A stretch of DNA of 64,000 nt from positions 1 through 64,000 of the IMG/VR virus record IMGVR_UViG_3300035183_000096. One strand, given 5' to 3'. This document shows, piece after piece, positions 8,058-18,460 of the stretch. Both the position numbers and the translations under genes were made by a program. The stretch comes from a virus. The notes under the pieces were generated by a model, which did no database searches, was not told the DNA's origin, and worked only from the letters and a program-made list of their open reading frames with translations. The first letter of the stretch is position 1; the number at the start of each line of letters is the position of its first letter.

Positions 8058-8747
8058 ATGTATGCTCTCATGCTTGCTATCCTCACATTCTCGAATAGTT
8101 CAATCCATAAAGATTTATGCTTAAAAGAACAATATGAAAAAGCTGTTGCCATAAGCAAATTTGTCAAACACGACAATGAGTATTGGTTCTGGCAAGCTGT
8201 AGCCAATTATAAGTTGGGCAACAAGAGTGAGGCCATTAGTGCAATCAATAACTTCTTACATCCTTTAGGTCAAAATCCGCCTAAGCAAGCAGAAAGGCAT
8301 ATCGTGTTGGCTGAGGGTATGCTTGCTCAACTCAACACATGGAAAGATAACGATTTGGCCGATATAAGCCGAGATATGGATAGGTCTGAAAGAAGACTTA
8401 GAATCGGAGCAGAACCCAAGAAAACTTTAGAGATTCAAAAAACTATCATAACTAAATTAGATAAGATGATAGAGGATATAGAAAAGCAATTACAACAAGC
8501 GTCTGCTGGTCAACAACCTAAACCTAATCAACAACCGCGTGGTGCAGAGGATTCTAATATCATAGGTGAAGTAGGCAAGGGATTGTCCGACAAGTGTAAG
8601 TTCATAAAGTCCTCAGAAACATGGGGTAAGATGCCAGAGAAAGAAAAGCTAAAAGCTATGGAAAGCATAAAGCGTGTTTTACCACCTCATTTACAAGAGG
8701 TTGGAGAGGGTTACAGAAATAACCTAAGAAAGATGGGAGGTAAGTAG
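8058..8747 (+). CDS. secreted helical protein resembling a Planctomycetota-type family
   Basis: Signal-like N-terminus; ISRDMDRSERRL..QKTIITKLDKMIE..WGKMPEKEK..LPPH pattern (recollection, not searched). Confidence 0.5.
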   Translation: MYALMLAILTFSNSSIHKDLCLKEQYEKAVAISKFVKHDNEYWFWQAVANYKLGNKSEAISAINNFLHPLGQNPPKQAERHIVLAEGMLAQLNTWKDNDLADISRDMDRSERRLRIGAEPKKTLEIQKTIITKLDKMIEDIEKQLQQASAGQQPKPNQQPRGAEDSNIIGEVGKGLSDKCKFIKSSETWGKMPEKEKLKAMESIKRVLPPHLQEVGEGYRNNLRKMGGK

Positions 8748-8749
8748 CT

Positions 8750-9031
8750 ATGCCAAGACCACATCGTTTACGCGGAAGTAAGCTAGTGGAATGGTATTTC
8801 AGACACCCAAGAACTACACAAGAAAAGAAGGCGTATTATGATGCCATCGAACAGGGGGTAAAGGTAAGAAGTAAAAGAAAACCACACCAATTACTTGATG
8901 TATATGATGATATTTATGTTTCGAGTTGGAAGGCACGTAGTAAAGCAAAGAAACAATGGGAGCGTACCGGTAATTATGTTATGGTATTTCGTAGTAAAAC
9001 GCTAAGCTTGGAAAGGATTAAACTTCGTTGA
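8750..9031 (+). CDS. basic phage hypothetical protein
   Basis: 93 aa, YFRHPRTTQE motif. Confidence 0.55.
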   Translation: MPRPHRLRGSKLVEWYFRHPRTTQEKKAYYDAIEQGVKVRSKRKPHQLLDVYDDIYVSSWKARSKAKKQWERTGNYVMVFRSKTLSLERIKLR

Positions 9032-9148
9032 GACAAAGTGTCCCGTCAACGTTTAAGACGGGACTTTCATTCTCAACTTGGGCCTTTTATACCCCGATTT
9101 TCCTATGACAATTGGGGTATTTAGTCGTGAGAAAGAGAGGTATGACAA

Positions 9149-9856
9149 ATGACAAAGCTTACTTGTGTAAGCGATTTACACGGACACCTTCCCCTCAATC
9201 TTAAGGGTGGAGATATCCTAATTATTGGTGGAGACATCTGTAGTGATGGAAATGAGTTCGTCCAGAGTAATTGGGTAAACTTTAAGTTATCAAGATGGTT
9301 GAAAGAACAGAAGAAGAAGTTTAAGCATATTGTAGCTGTATGGGGTAATCATGATTTTGTTGGGGAGCATGAGTATCTCCTAAACAAATCTGATTTACCA
9401 TGCCATTTCTTGAATAACTCCGTTGTTGAAATCGAAGGATTGAAAATCTACGGCAATCCATATAGCTTACCATATGGACGTTGGGCTTTCATGCTTCCAG
9501 ACAATAAATTGCGTTCAATGTATGAAAGCGTAAGTGGAGAGGTTGACATCATTGTTAGTCATGGTCCACCCTATGGCTTCAAGGACTTAGCCGCTAGGTA
9601 CTTTAATACAGAGGATGATACTAAATGGGTTGATGGAGAACACACGGGTTCAAAATCTCTAACCGAATTTATAATGAGAAAACATCCTAAACTTGTGGTT
9701 TGTGGACATATTCATGAAGCATATGGACAGGTTAAAATGCCTAATGACACTTTGGTTGTAAATGCCAGTCAAATGACATTATACTATAGACCTGACAATC
9801 TTCCTATAGAAGTTAATATGATACAAGAGGAGGCTAAGAATGACAGCAGCACTTAG
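9149..9856 (+). CDS. calcineurin-like metallophosphoesterase
   Basis: SDLHG, GGD, GNHD, SHGPP, GHIHE motifs. Confidence 0.92.
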   Translation: MTKLTCVSDLHGHLPLNLKGGDILIIGGDICSDGNEFVQSNWVNFKLSRWLKEQKKKFKHIVAVWGNHDFVGEHEYLLNKSDLPCHFLNNSVVEIEGLKIYGNPYSLPYGRWAFMLPDNKLRSMYESVSGEVDIIVSHGPPYGFKDLAARYFNTEDDTKWVDGEHTGSKSLTEFIMRKHPKLVVCGHIHEAYGQVKMPNDTLVVNASQMTLYYRPDNLPIEVNMIQEEAKNDSST

Positions 9857-10316
9857 CTTTAATGATGATAATGATAAGGATAGGGAAAATAGGGGGAAGA
9901 AAAAAAGGCGTACAGACGTTACTCATGCGTGTGGTCACAAAATGAGTTATCCAAAAAAGACCGGCTTTGATTTTAACAAGAACTGTTGTATGTGTGAAGA
10001 ATGGGAAAACCCAACTTCACAAATGGATGAATACGGAACTTTAATATGATAAACCACTATGTAAGATGTTACCCAGCCCGCCAATCTTTCTCATCACCTA
10101 CTGAAAGCACGTTATACATGCTGATAAAAGAAGGTGAATTGGTAACTGAGGCAACCATTATAGATAGATTTACCGTTTACTTAACCCAAAAACCCAACGA
10201 GGCACGGGATGTATGTCGCAACATCAAAGAAATCCCAGGCTACATAAAGGTTTTGCTACAAAAGGGTTATCTCAAGGAAATTCCGGCAAAATTTTTACAA
10301 AGGCTCGTAGAAAACA

Positions 10317-10832
10317 TTAAGTAGAACAACCGCCACATGGCCCTGTCGAAGATGGTGGGGCCATTTTTAACTCAATCCTTGGCCATTTTTTCATAGGGCA
10401 ATCTTCCGTAGGCATCTCAGCCTTCTCCTTTGTGTAACATCCACACACAGCGCATCTACCGCGTCCAGAACCAGCTTCTCTAAAATGCTGCTCACATTTC
10501 TCACACTCTTTAAGTCTCTCACTTATTTGTGTATTGGTGAGTCCATGTCCACCAACAAATATAGAACGCAATTGAGCCATACTATATCTTTTCACTTGCT
10601 CAATCATACTAGGTACAGGCATATGCTTTGTTTGCATAAGTTTAACCATTGTAGATGTCATATCCTCAGCAGTTGGAGGCTTATCCTTCCATTCCCGTTT
10701 ACAAGCATCGCAAGGGTGCCCACTCCTAGAAGGTCCAGGAATATGTGGAACACCCTTAGATTTTAATATAGCACATTCAGCGACTAAATCGTTATATTGA
10801 TAGTAATGAGGACAAGTCATTTGCTGCAGCAT
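10317..10832 (-). CDS. Cys-rich protein (CxxC...CxxCGC..KA...CP..KW)
   Basis: Cys pattern in the translation; downstream of the large minus-strand gene. Confidence 0.6.
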   Translation of the reverse strand: MLQQMTCPHYYQYNDLVAECAILKSKGVPHIPGPSRSGHPCDACKREWKDKPPTAEDMTSTMVKLMQTKHMPVPSMIEQVKRYSMAQLRSIFVGGHGLTNTQISERLKECEKCEQHFREAGSGRGRCAVCGCYTKEKAEMPTEDCPMKKWPRIELKMAPPSSTGPCGGCST

Positions 10833-11113
10833 CCTCTAAATATAGGTTGTGGTGGATGTATAGGAGCTTCAACGGGTTCCGATTCGGGTTTCGGGTCCGA
10901 ATAGACAAAGTTTCTGTGCCTCATGCCTATTGATATAAGCAAAGGAAAAGATAGGTCATGTTCTTCAGGATAGGATTCCCTATTCTTACAACATGACCGG
11001 CAGAAAATATCATCAACATCATTAACTACGCCCAAATTCGTTAGTATTTCACATACTACAGTTGGACGAGTCGATAATTGTTTACGGTTCGGGCATTGGG
11101 TATAGTCCATCAT
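10817..11113 (-). CDS. small Cys-rich protein
   Basis: Overlaps both neighbours in the minus-strand operon. Confidence 0.55.
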   Translation of the reverse strand: MMDYTQCPNRKQLSTRPTVVCEILTNLGVVNDVDDIFCRSCCKNRESYPEEHDLSFPLLISIGMRHRNFVYSDPKPESEPVEAPIHPPQPIFRGCCSK

Positions 11114-14100
11114 AATCTACTTGTTTCCATCTATTTTCATAAACATAGTTACCACGGTCATAACTATAGAAGTAAGTCTGCGCGTCTTGTTCGGATATAT
11201 CCAATTCTAAAACTTGCTTTAAGAATACTTTTGCAGATGTTGGGTCTATAAAACAATTTACTGAACGCGAGGTTGGTCCATCAACATAGTATCCATATTT
11301 TCCTATAGGCGGTTTTCTCGCTGATGCAACAGGATAAAGATTCCACCAATAGTAATAATATCCACCAATACCGCTCCAATAGTATTGATTGATAATTATA
11401 TTTTTGTCAATCTCATATGGGTCAAATGGAATTTTTACAGTCTCCCCTATCGGAAACCATGAATATCCTGATAGGTCATCATTTTTTACCCAATCTGTTA
11501 CGTTATAAGTAATATAGTTTTGAGGATGAGTCTTAGCTATAAACTTAGTTTTGTAGTAATTTCTATCTATCGCAGCAATTTCATCCACGTTTTCAGCCTT
11601 ATAAGCTCCCATATAAAAATCTCTACATGGGTCAAAACAATAACAATAATACGTCTTTTGTCCGGCTAAACACTCGGGTATATTAGATAAATCGTAACAC
11701 TCGCACTTAAGTATTGACTCATCATCATTTGCTTGAGTTATACTATCCCATCCTGGTGCATATATGATAGACTGTGGAGGTTGAGTATAGCTATAATTTC
11801 CTAACTCACGCTTGCTTATTATAATATCATAAAAATACTTTACAGAGTTTATATTAGTGTCTATCCTCTTAAAGTTGGTAGTGCCATCAGGATATACTCT
11901 TAACTCAGTTATTAACCTGAAAGGTTGTGCTTCTTCTGGACCATCAAAGTATTCGTGTCTATATGTATCATAATCATGTATATTAACATCTGTAACATAG
12001 GACTTCATAAACTTATTAGTAGCACGCTTATAGTTCACATCGCCGAACCACAAAAGTGGGGCTATTCTACCATACCATGAGTCAAGATTCGTATTATACG
12101 AATTTATATATTTTCCCCAACCAATCCACGGACCCCAACCATACCAAATGCCGTATGCCCAGGGTCCACGACTAAGTGTTGTGCGCAATCCATTTATACC
12201 ATTACTCTTATAAGGTAGGGCTGTGTAATAAAATGGTGTGTACCAATAATTCCAGTGAAACGGCAGAAGGCTTGGGCCAAAATACCGACCCCATACATCA
12301 TAACCAAGCCAATCGTTAAAATTATGTGCCCGAGTTGGATAATTAACACGGTCAAATGTAAGTTTTGGCATATATATTATTTTATAACCATTTCTATAAC
12401 ATTCTCTGTTAACTGTTCTACCACCTGGAATATAACTCTCAAGATATTTATAGTCCTGAATAGGAATGATGTTACTAGAATCCTTAGTATTTAGATAACC
12501 ATTCAAACAATGACGTGGGGGCATCCATTGATGACCAAGATTTACCCAACGCATAAAAGCTGGTTTTTTATAATCAGGATAATATGCTGAATACTTTAGC
12601 CCACCTTCTGACCACGGTTTATTATACTCTTTATCATCTTTCCTTTCTTCTTGCTTATAAATAACTTCATCCTGCCAGTGTCCAACACCATCGAAATTAA
12701 AGTAATAATATATATCAAGTTGTACTATTTGTTCTGTTTCAATAATGTTACCAAAACCATCTGGTAATTGACTCCATTGAGCTAATGTAATCTTTTCTGG
12801 ATAAAAATCTTTGATAGACCTTGTAGCTTTAAGAAACCGGATAAAGAGATTATCCTCACTAGAACAATCTTCGATTGCATAGGCGTCTGGTGTACGGTAT
12901 CCATACTTAAAGTCTTTAATACCACCGTCTAAAACAAGACCAATACATGGTTCAGCAAAGTTTAGATTACCACAAGCCGCTTGTACCGCGGCATTGATTT
13001 GAGAAACATAAGTTGTCCATTTATCTCCTGTATCAATAATCTGATTAGTCGGTGTCCCAGGTAAACTCAACTTTGCATCATACGCCTTATATGTGTTAGT
13101 GGCTGTTAATTTCTTAATCTCTTCAGGAGTTATGATGTAGGCATTAGCAGCCTTAATGTTAATCTTAAAATCCTTTATGTGAGAATTTCTACCAGCTCCC
13201 TTAACTATCTGCCAATTTTTACCTTCTACCCCATCAACCATATTAAATCTAATTTTATCAAAATCATACTTACCAAGAATGTTATATAGATGTGGGGATT
13301 GGACACCAACCTCACCACCAGCAATACCCTCAAACTTAATTTCCAAATCGTGTTCATCAGAATAAATCCTAAGAGAATATACTTTGGCTCCTCTTAAATG
13401 TATATTACTTGCGTTCTGACCATTCGCTATAACTTTAGGCATAGGTTCAATTAATAACTCAACATTATAATCTGTGGTCATAACTGACTGTAAAGTGTAC
13501 ATATAAAGTGTAACCTTCTCTGGCTCGTCATTTTCGTTTTTTCGTATAATAGTTGTTGTATGACTATAATTAAGCCTGTAATGAGCAAAGTTGTTTGGAC
13601 TACCAACGTATTTTTGTGCTGGGCCACCATTAGCAACAGTATATCTAAAGTTATCTATGATTTTTTCACTAAGGTCATCTATATTATCATTCTTAGCATA
13701 GCCATTTTCACAAAGAAAATGTAAATGTTTAGATGTCTCAAAAATAGAACCTTCTATTGTTGGCCTATTCATTCTCATTATTGTTTTGTAATACCTACCA
13801 AGTAGGCAGTTTCCAAAGTAATAATTTAATAAACCATTTTCGTCCGAACTGCCCCTTTTCCATATATTGTCCCATTTAGGGTTGTCAAGTTTTTCCTTGT
13901 AAGCATCGCCGTATAATACAGCAACATATTCCATATTGCGTAGATTAAGGCTTGGTGCCTTAGCAAAAACTTTAGTCATCATAGCTGTTATGCTAGGACT
14001 CATCATATCATGCAACTCACTTAAACCAACTTGTGGGTTTGTCACACATATAGTCTTAAGGTTGTTGGCTACTTTCTTTACTTCAACCATTAAATTCTTA

Positions 14101-14357
14101 TCATCTTGAACTTTTTTTATGTATTCTTTTGGCGGTTCAGTATTTTGACCTATTGGCTTCCATTCATCGTCTTTCCTATCAAACTCTTTCATATAATAAG
14201 CATATGGACCAAGAGAGACGGTCACAAGATACGCAGACTTTTCCAACGGGCAGGAGGAATTGTACACAGTCCAGCCAGGAATTGAACAACAACATGGATT
14301 ACATGGATTTAATTTCATCGGCAGTTCACCTCGATATTTTTTTGCGTCAAAATACAT
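11082..14357 (-). CDS. large hypothetical protein, possibly virion-associated, Tyr/Trp-rich
   Basis: 1091-aa ORF; N-terminal PCNPCCC; no recognisable catalytic motif. Confidence 0.7.
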   Translation of the reverse strand: MYFDAKKYRGELPMKLNPCNPCCCSIPGWTVYNSSCPLEKSAYLVTVSLGPYAYYMKEFDRKDDEWKPIGQNTEPPKEYIKKVQDDKNLMVEVKKVANNLKTICVTNPQVGLSELHDMMSPSITAMMTKVFAKAPSLNLRNMEYVAVLYGDAYKEKLDNPKWDNIWKRGSSDENGLLNYYFGNCLLGRYYKTIMRMNRPTIEGSIFETSKHLHFLCENGYAKNDNIDDLSEKIIDNFRYTVANGGPAQKYVGSPNNFAHYRLNYSHTTTIIRKNENDEPEKVTLYMYTLQSVMTTDYNVELLIEPMPKVIANGQNASNIHLRGAKVYSLRIYSDEHDLEIKFEGIAGGEVGVQSPHLYNILGKYDFDKIRFNMVDGVEGKNWQIVKGAGRNSHIKDFKINIKAANAYIITPEEIKKLTATNTYKAYDAKLSLPGTPTNQIIDTGDKWTTYVSQINAAVQAACGNLNFAEPCIGLVLDGGIKDFKYGYRTPDAYAIEDCSSEDNLFIRFLKATRSIKDFYPEKITLAQWSQLPDGFGNIIETEQIVQLDIYYYFNFDGVGHWQDEVIYKQEERKDDKEYNKPWSEGGLKYSAYYPDYKKPAFMRWVNLGHQWMPPRHCLNGYLNTKDSSNIIPIQDYKYLESYIPGGRTVNRECYRNGYKIIYMPKLTFDRVNYPTRAHNFNDWLGYDVWGRYFGPSLLPFHWNYWYTPFYYTALPYKSNGINGLRTTLSRGPWAYGIWYGWGPWIGWGKYINSYNTNLDSWYGRIAPLLWFGDVNYKRATNKFMKSYVTDVNIHDYDTYRHEYFDGPEEAQPFRLITELRVYPDGTTNFKRIDTNINSVKYFYDIIISKRELGNYSYTQPPQSIIYAPGWDSITQANDDESILKCECYDLSNIPECLAGQKTYYCYCFDPCRDFYMGAYKAENVDEIAAIDRNYYKTKFIAKTHPQNYITYNVTDWVKNDDLSGYSWFPIGETVKIPFDPYEIDKNIIINQYYWSGIGGYYYYWWNLYPVASARKPPIGKYGYYVDGPTSRSVNCFIDPTSAKVFLKQVLELDISEQDAQTYFYSYDRGNYVYENRWKQVDYDGLYPMPEP

Positions 14358-14983
14358 TCAATTGTACGCACCTCTACATTAATAAATCAATTTAGTTCTT
14401 GACTTTTCGGCCTCTCCTTGTATATCCTTTAAGCAGAGGAAAAGGATGTATTTCACTTAAATCCTTTGTTTTTAGGTGGAGATTTATTATGACTTTAAGT
14501 ATAGAACAACGACTTAGTAAACTAGAGAATCTATTTGATTTCGATGAACACAGTGCAACTTTCAAATTAGTTAGTCCAGACGGAAAAGTATCTATTAAGA
14601 TTTCTGCTACAAATGATATAGGTGGTATTTGGGCCGAAACTAATAATCATATAGTTGCTCTAGCTTCTATCAGTGACCAATGGGCCGGTGTATTTGGCTA
14701 TCATAAGAATACACTAGATAGCGGCGCATCTTTCGCATTAACTGTAGATAAACATGGTGGGTCTAATGCACAGGCGATGAACGGCAGTTCTGTGTTTGTT
14801 ACAAACTTTGGCCTAATGGTGGAAACATTCTATAGGGCTGAAGCTGCTGAAGAAGACAAGTCATCTTCAGGACATATAGCAAAAGTAAGATAATAGATAT
14901 TTACGAAATATAGCCCGTCTTTCTTTGTGTGTAATCGGTGTAAGAAAATATGGCTCAACCGAAACAACGCAAGGGAAAAAACA

Positions 14984-15898
14984 ATGGACAAGTTCTGGGC
15001 TATATGTACATACTTTAACTACGCTGGTTTTAAGGCACCCTATAACAACTATTTCTTGTTTGCTCATCATCTCAAGCAACAAGGCGTAAATCTTCTTACC
15101 GTTGAACTAGCTTTTGGTAATGCTTCTTATCAAATCCCTTCGAGTGAGAACGTAGTTAGATTGCGCGCAGAATCCGTGTTATGGCAAAAAGAAAGAATGA
15201 TTAACTACGCCTTAAGCATACTTCCTTCCTCATGTGAGTATTTCGCATGGTTGGACTCAGACATTTTGTTTGCTCAGCCTAATTGGGTTGAAATGGCTTG
15301 TAAGGAATTAAAGAAAAATGAAATAGTTCAACTCTTCAAAAGGGTATATTATTTGCCGAAAGGAGATTTGTGGTATAAAGGTAAGCATAATCATATGTTC
15401 CAAGGAGTCATTTGGCAATACAAAACACATAAAAATTGGCTTGAGCGTAGAAGGTCTAAGGAGCTACCTTTCTCCTCTCCCGGCTTTGCGTGGGCTGCTA
15501 ACCGTAAATTCTTCCAAGATTTAGGTGGGCTTTATGATAGAAATATTATAGGGTCTGGAGACACCTTTATAGTTGACTGTATATTAAATTCTTTTGATAT
15601 TCACGGTTATGGTCCTAAGTTCAACACACACATGAAAAATCATATGATGGAATACTGTGGTAGATTTAGAGCAAAGAAACCTAATGTTTCCTACGTACCT
15701 GCCGACATCTATCATCTCTATCATGGTGAATTGAAGAATCGTAGATACATGGAAAGACATGATATTGTTCTCAAATGGGATTATGACCCATCTTACGATA
15801 TTGTATTAGCTAATCATGTGTATGAATGGGCTACACCTAAATATGATATGCACGAAGCGGTTAAGATGTACTTCGTAGATAGAAATGAAGATAGCTAA
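14984..15898 (+). CDS. GT-A fold glycosyltransferase-like protein
   Basis: WQKERMIN, AWLDSD (DxD), PGFAWA, GSGD, HLYHG motifs. Confidence 0.7.
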   Translation: MDKFWAICTYFNYAGFKAPYNNYFLFAHHLKQQGVNLLTVELAFGNASYQIPSSENVVRLRAESVLWQKERMINYALSILPSSCEYFAWLDSDILFAQPNWVEMACKELKKNEIVQLFKRVYYLPKGDLWYKGKHNHMFQGVIWQYKTHKNWLERRRSKELPFSSPGFAWAANRKFFQDLGGLYDRNIIGSGDTFIVDCILNSFDIHGYGPKFNTHMKNHMMEYCGRFRAKKPNVSYVPADIYHLYHGELKNRRYMERHDIVLKWDYDPSYDIVLANHVYEWATPKYDMHEAVKMYFVDRNEDS

Positions 15899-15925
15899 GA
15901 GCGGTTCCTTAAGGGGGACGCAAAT

Positions 15926-16369
15926 ATGACTATTAACAGCATCTATAATAAAGTTTTGGGTAAAGTCGTAGCAATAGAAAAGTTGGTATATGGTAATAAA
16001 GCGTGGACAATATCAAAGTTTAAGAGTTATTTGAGCGCTCAACATATATTGTGTAACTATTTAGAAGCAAAGAGTAAAGAAGTGATGGGTTATGTAATAG
16101 CTGAAGATACTGTAGATAATATAACTATACTTAATATGACTTGTAACCCAGACTATGAAGAAGAAATTGTTATAGGTGAGTTAATTGCGTTTCTTCAAAA
16201 GAAGTTGAAAAATTCGGACAGGTGTATTAGAATTACAGTGAGAGACACAAGTTTGGAATTACAAAAATTCCTTAAGGGTTTGGGCTTTAAGGGAAAACTA
16301 TTACCAAACTTTTTCAATGATGGACAGGATGGTATAACCTTTGTTTATAGGAGAGAGGAAGGTGTTTAA
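15926..16369 (+). CDS. RimI-like GNAT acetyltransferase (divergent)
   Basis: VVAIE..W..F..VMGYVI..ILNM..VRDTSLELQKFLKGLGF. Confidence 0.7.
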   Translation: MTINSIYNKVLGKVVAIEKLVYGNKAWTISKFKSYLSAQHILCNYLEAKSKEVMGYVIAEDTVDNITILNMTCNPDYEEEIVIGELIAFLQKKLKNSDRCIRITVRDTSLELQKFLKGLGFKGKLLPNFFNDGQDGITFVYRREEGV

Positions 16370-16544
16370 GAAAAGTTTAGCGGTTTTTGCTATAGTATCT
16401 ATAGGTTTTGTGTTTGGTTTTGGAGCAGCCTCACTAAAGTCTGACCCAGTAGCTACTTCCGCTGTGCAAGCCGAAAAGTGCTGTTGTGGCTGCGTAGCTT
16501 CCGAATGTGAGTGCTGTCAAAGCTGTTGCTGCAAAAAGAAGTAA
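16341..16544 (+). CDS. small exported Cys-rich peptide
   Basis: Hydrophobic signal/TM followed by KCCCGCVASECECCQSCCCKKK. Confidence 0.55.
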   Translation: MFIGERKVFKKSLAVFAIVSIGFVFGFGAASLKSDPVATSAVQAEKCCCGCVASECECCQSCCCKKK

Positions 16545-16587
16545 CTCCTTGTCCCCGTTGGGTTTACGATTAAATTGAGATTTTCTA

Positions 16588-16616
16588 TTGACAGAGCGAG
16601 TTTCTTCTGCTACAAT
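16588..16616 (+). promoter_or_regulatory. sigma70 promoter for ro60
   Basis: TTGACA-17 nt-TACAAT with extended -10 TG, about 50 nt before the start codon. Confidence 0.85.
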
Positions 16617-16665
16617 GTGTATGCGTTGAAGGCATTCACCAGTTCGAGCAGAGGAAAGCGATAAC

Positions 16666-18255
16666 ATGGCTAACAAGACTATTTTCGCTAGTCGGTCCGG
16701 TCGTCCTAACACTGTAAACAACGCTGGTGGCAGAGCTTACTCGCTAGAGGATAAGCACGCCTTAGCTCAACTCGTTGTTACAGGCTGTCTAAACGACACA
16801 TACTACACTAACGCCACAGAGCAATTGGACACCATCCTTAAGTTGGCTGGTAAGTGTGATGTTCCGTTCGTAGCCAAGGCCGCAGTGTATGGGCGTGTTT
16901 TTGGTAAGATGAAGGACACGCCTGCCCTTTTGCTTGCTCATTTAACCTCCAGGGGTTATGAAGGTGTAGAGTACACTAAGAAGATTTTCAACAAAGTCAT
17001 TACCAACACCAAGATGTTGCGTAACTTTTTCCAAATTGTTCGTAGTGGTAAGGTAGGCCGTAAGAACTTTGGTACGGCTATCAGTAGGCTAATGGCCAAC
17101 TGGCTAAGTCGAAATACTATGGATGAGTTGTTTGATGGAAGTGTCGGTAATAACCCAACTCTTGGTGATGTTATTAAGTTGTCCCACGTTAAGCCTAACA
17201 ACAAGGCTCGTGAAAACTTCCATAACTACCTACTTGGTAGAAAGTTCAATATTGAAGAGCTACCAGAGCGTATTCGTAACTATGAAAACTTCAAGAAGGG
17301 TTTGACGGACGTTTTACCAAACGTGCCATTCGACTTCTTGACAAGCCTAAGAAGGCTGACTGATGAGCATTGGAAGGAAATTGCTCGTAATGCTCCATTC
17401 AATATGACTAGAATGAATCTAAATACGTTCGCTCGCCACGGTGTCTTCAAGGATGACGAGTTGACGAAGTTGATTACAGACAGACTACGTAGCAGAGAGA
17501 ATGTAGCAAAGTTTAATGTATTTCCATATAGTATAATGACTTCGCTGAACAACATTGAAGGAGGTGTGCCTTCTATTATCATTGATGCGTTGCAAGATGC
17601 TATTGATTATAGCATCGAAAATGTGCCTGAGTTTGATGAAGATGTGGCTGTGTGTCTTGACTGCTCTGGAAGCATGAGTAGTCCTATTACTGGCTATCGT
17701 AAAGGTTCCACATCTAAGGTGTCTTGTCTTGATGTTGCTTCTTTGATAGCCGCAAGCATTGCTCGTAAGAACAGAAACACAATCATTATTCCATTTGGTA
17801 CTAAAGTATGTCTTTGGCACATAGGGGAATTTAACCCAAGTGATAGCGTGTGGACCAACTCTAATAAGTTGCGTGCTATTCAGGGCGGTGGAACCAATTG
17901 CTCTTCAGCCTTGAGATATATCAACGAAGATATGGCAGGCAAGAAGCCTAACCTAGTCATCTATGTATCCGACAACGAAAGTTGGCTGGATAGCGGACAC
18001 TATGGAAGATTTGGTGGTAGTGTTACTGCTACCATGGAAGAGTTCAGAAAGCTACAGAGTAAGTCTAAGGATGCCAAGATGGTGTGTATCGACCTTACCC
18101 CAAATACTACAACACAAGCTAAGGAAAATAAGGACATCCTTAATGTCGGTGGGTGGTCGGATGCTTGCTGGGACGTAATTGGTAAGTGGGTAAAGGGCGG
18201 AAACGATTTTGTCAAGACGATTGAAGAAATTGACCTTGATAGTTGCCCGACATAA
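16666..18255 (+). CDS. rsr: Ro60/Rsr TROVE-domain RNA-binding protein with C-terminal vWA domain
   Basis: NNAGGRAY..LAQLVVTGCLNDTYY, MKDTPALL, MTRMNLNTFARHGVF, MIDAS DCSGSM, GGTNCS, VSDNESW. Confidence 0.93.
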   Translation: MANKTIFASRSGRPNTVNNAGGRAYSLEDKHALAQLVVTGCLNDTYYTNATEQLDTILKLAGKCDVPFVAKAAVYGRVFGKMKDTPALLLAHLTSRGYEGVEYTKKIFNKVITNTKMLRNFFQIVRSGKVGRKNFGTAISRLMANWLSRNTMDELFDGSVGNNPTLGDVIKLSHVKPNNKARENFHNYLLGRKFNIEELPERIRNYENFKKGLTDVLPNVPFDFLTSLRRLTDEHWKEIARNAPFNMTRMNLNTFARHGVFKDDELTKLITDRLRSRENVAKFNVFPYSIMTSLNNIEGGVPSIIIDALQDAIDYSIENVPEFDEDVAVCLDCSGSMSSPITGYRKGSTSKVSCLDVASLIAASIARKNRNTIIIPFGTKVCLWHIGEFNPSDSVWTNSNKLRAIQGGGTNCSSALRYINEDMAGKKPNLVIYVSDNESWLDSGHYGRFGGSVTATMEEFRKLQSKSKDAKMVCIDLTPNTTTQAKENKDILNVGGWSDACWDVIGKWVKGGNDFVKTIEEIDLDSCPT

Positions 18256-18271
18256 ACCGAAATAAATATAT

Positions 18272-18413
18272 AGGGAAACGCTTCGGCAGGATTACATTCC
18301 ATATGAAGGAAGAGGTCCGGGTGCAAATCCCGGTACTGGTACTTTAAGTTAAACTATATACCAGTATAGCTTAAGAGTAGAGCGCTAAAACATCTTGCCA
18401 CCTTCTTTTCCCT
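18272..18413 (+). ncRNA. Y RNA (YrlA-like, circularly permuted tRNA mimic)
   Basis: Terminal stems agggaaa/tttccct and ggcaggat/atcttgcc enclose a T arm (ccggg-tgcaaat-cccgg), a closed acceptor-like stem (tactggta/taccagta) and a D arm (gctt-aagagta-gagc); directly downstream of ro60. Confidence 0.85.
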
Positions 18414-18430
18414 TTAACAAACATCAAAAC

Positions 18431-18460
18431 AACCCCTCTGGTAATAGAGGGGTTTTTTTT
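18431..18460 (+). terminator. intrinsic terminator of the ro60-Y RNA unit
   Basis: aacccctct-ggtaat-agaggggtt followed by a T tract. Confidence 0.9.
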
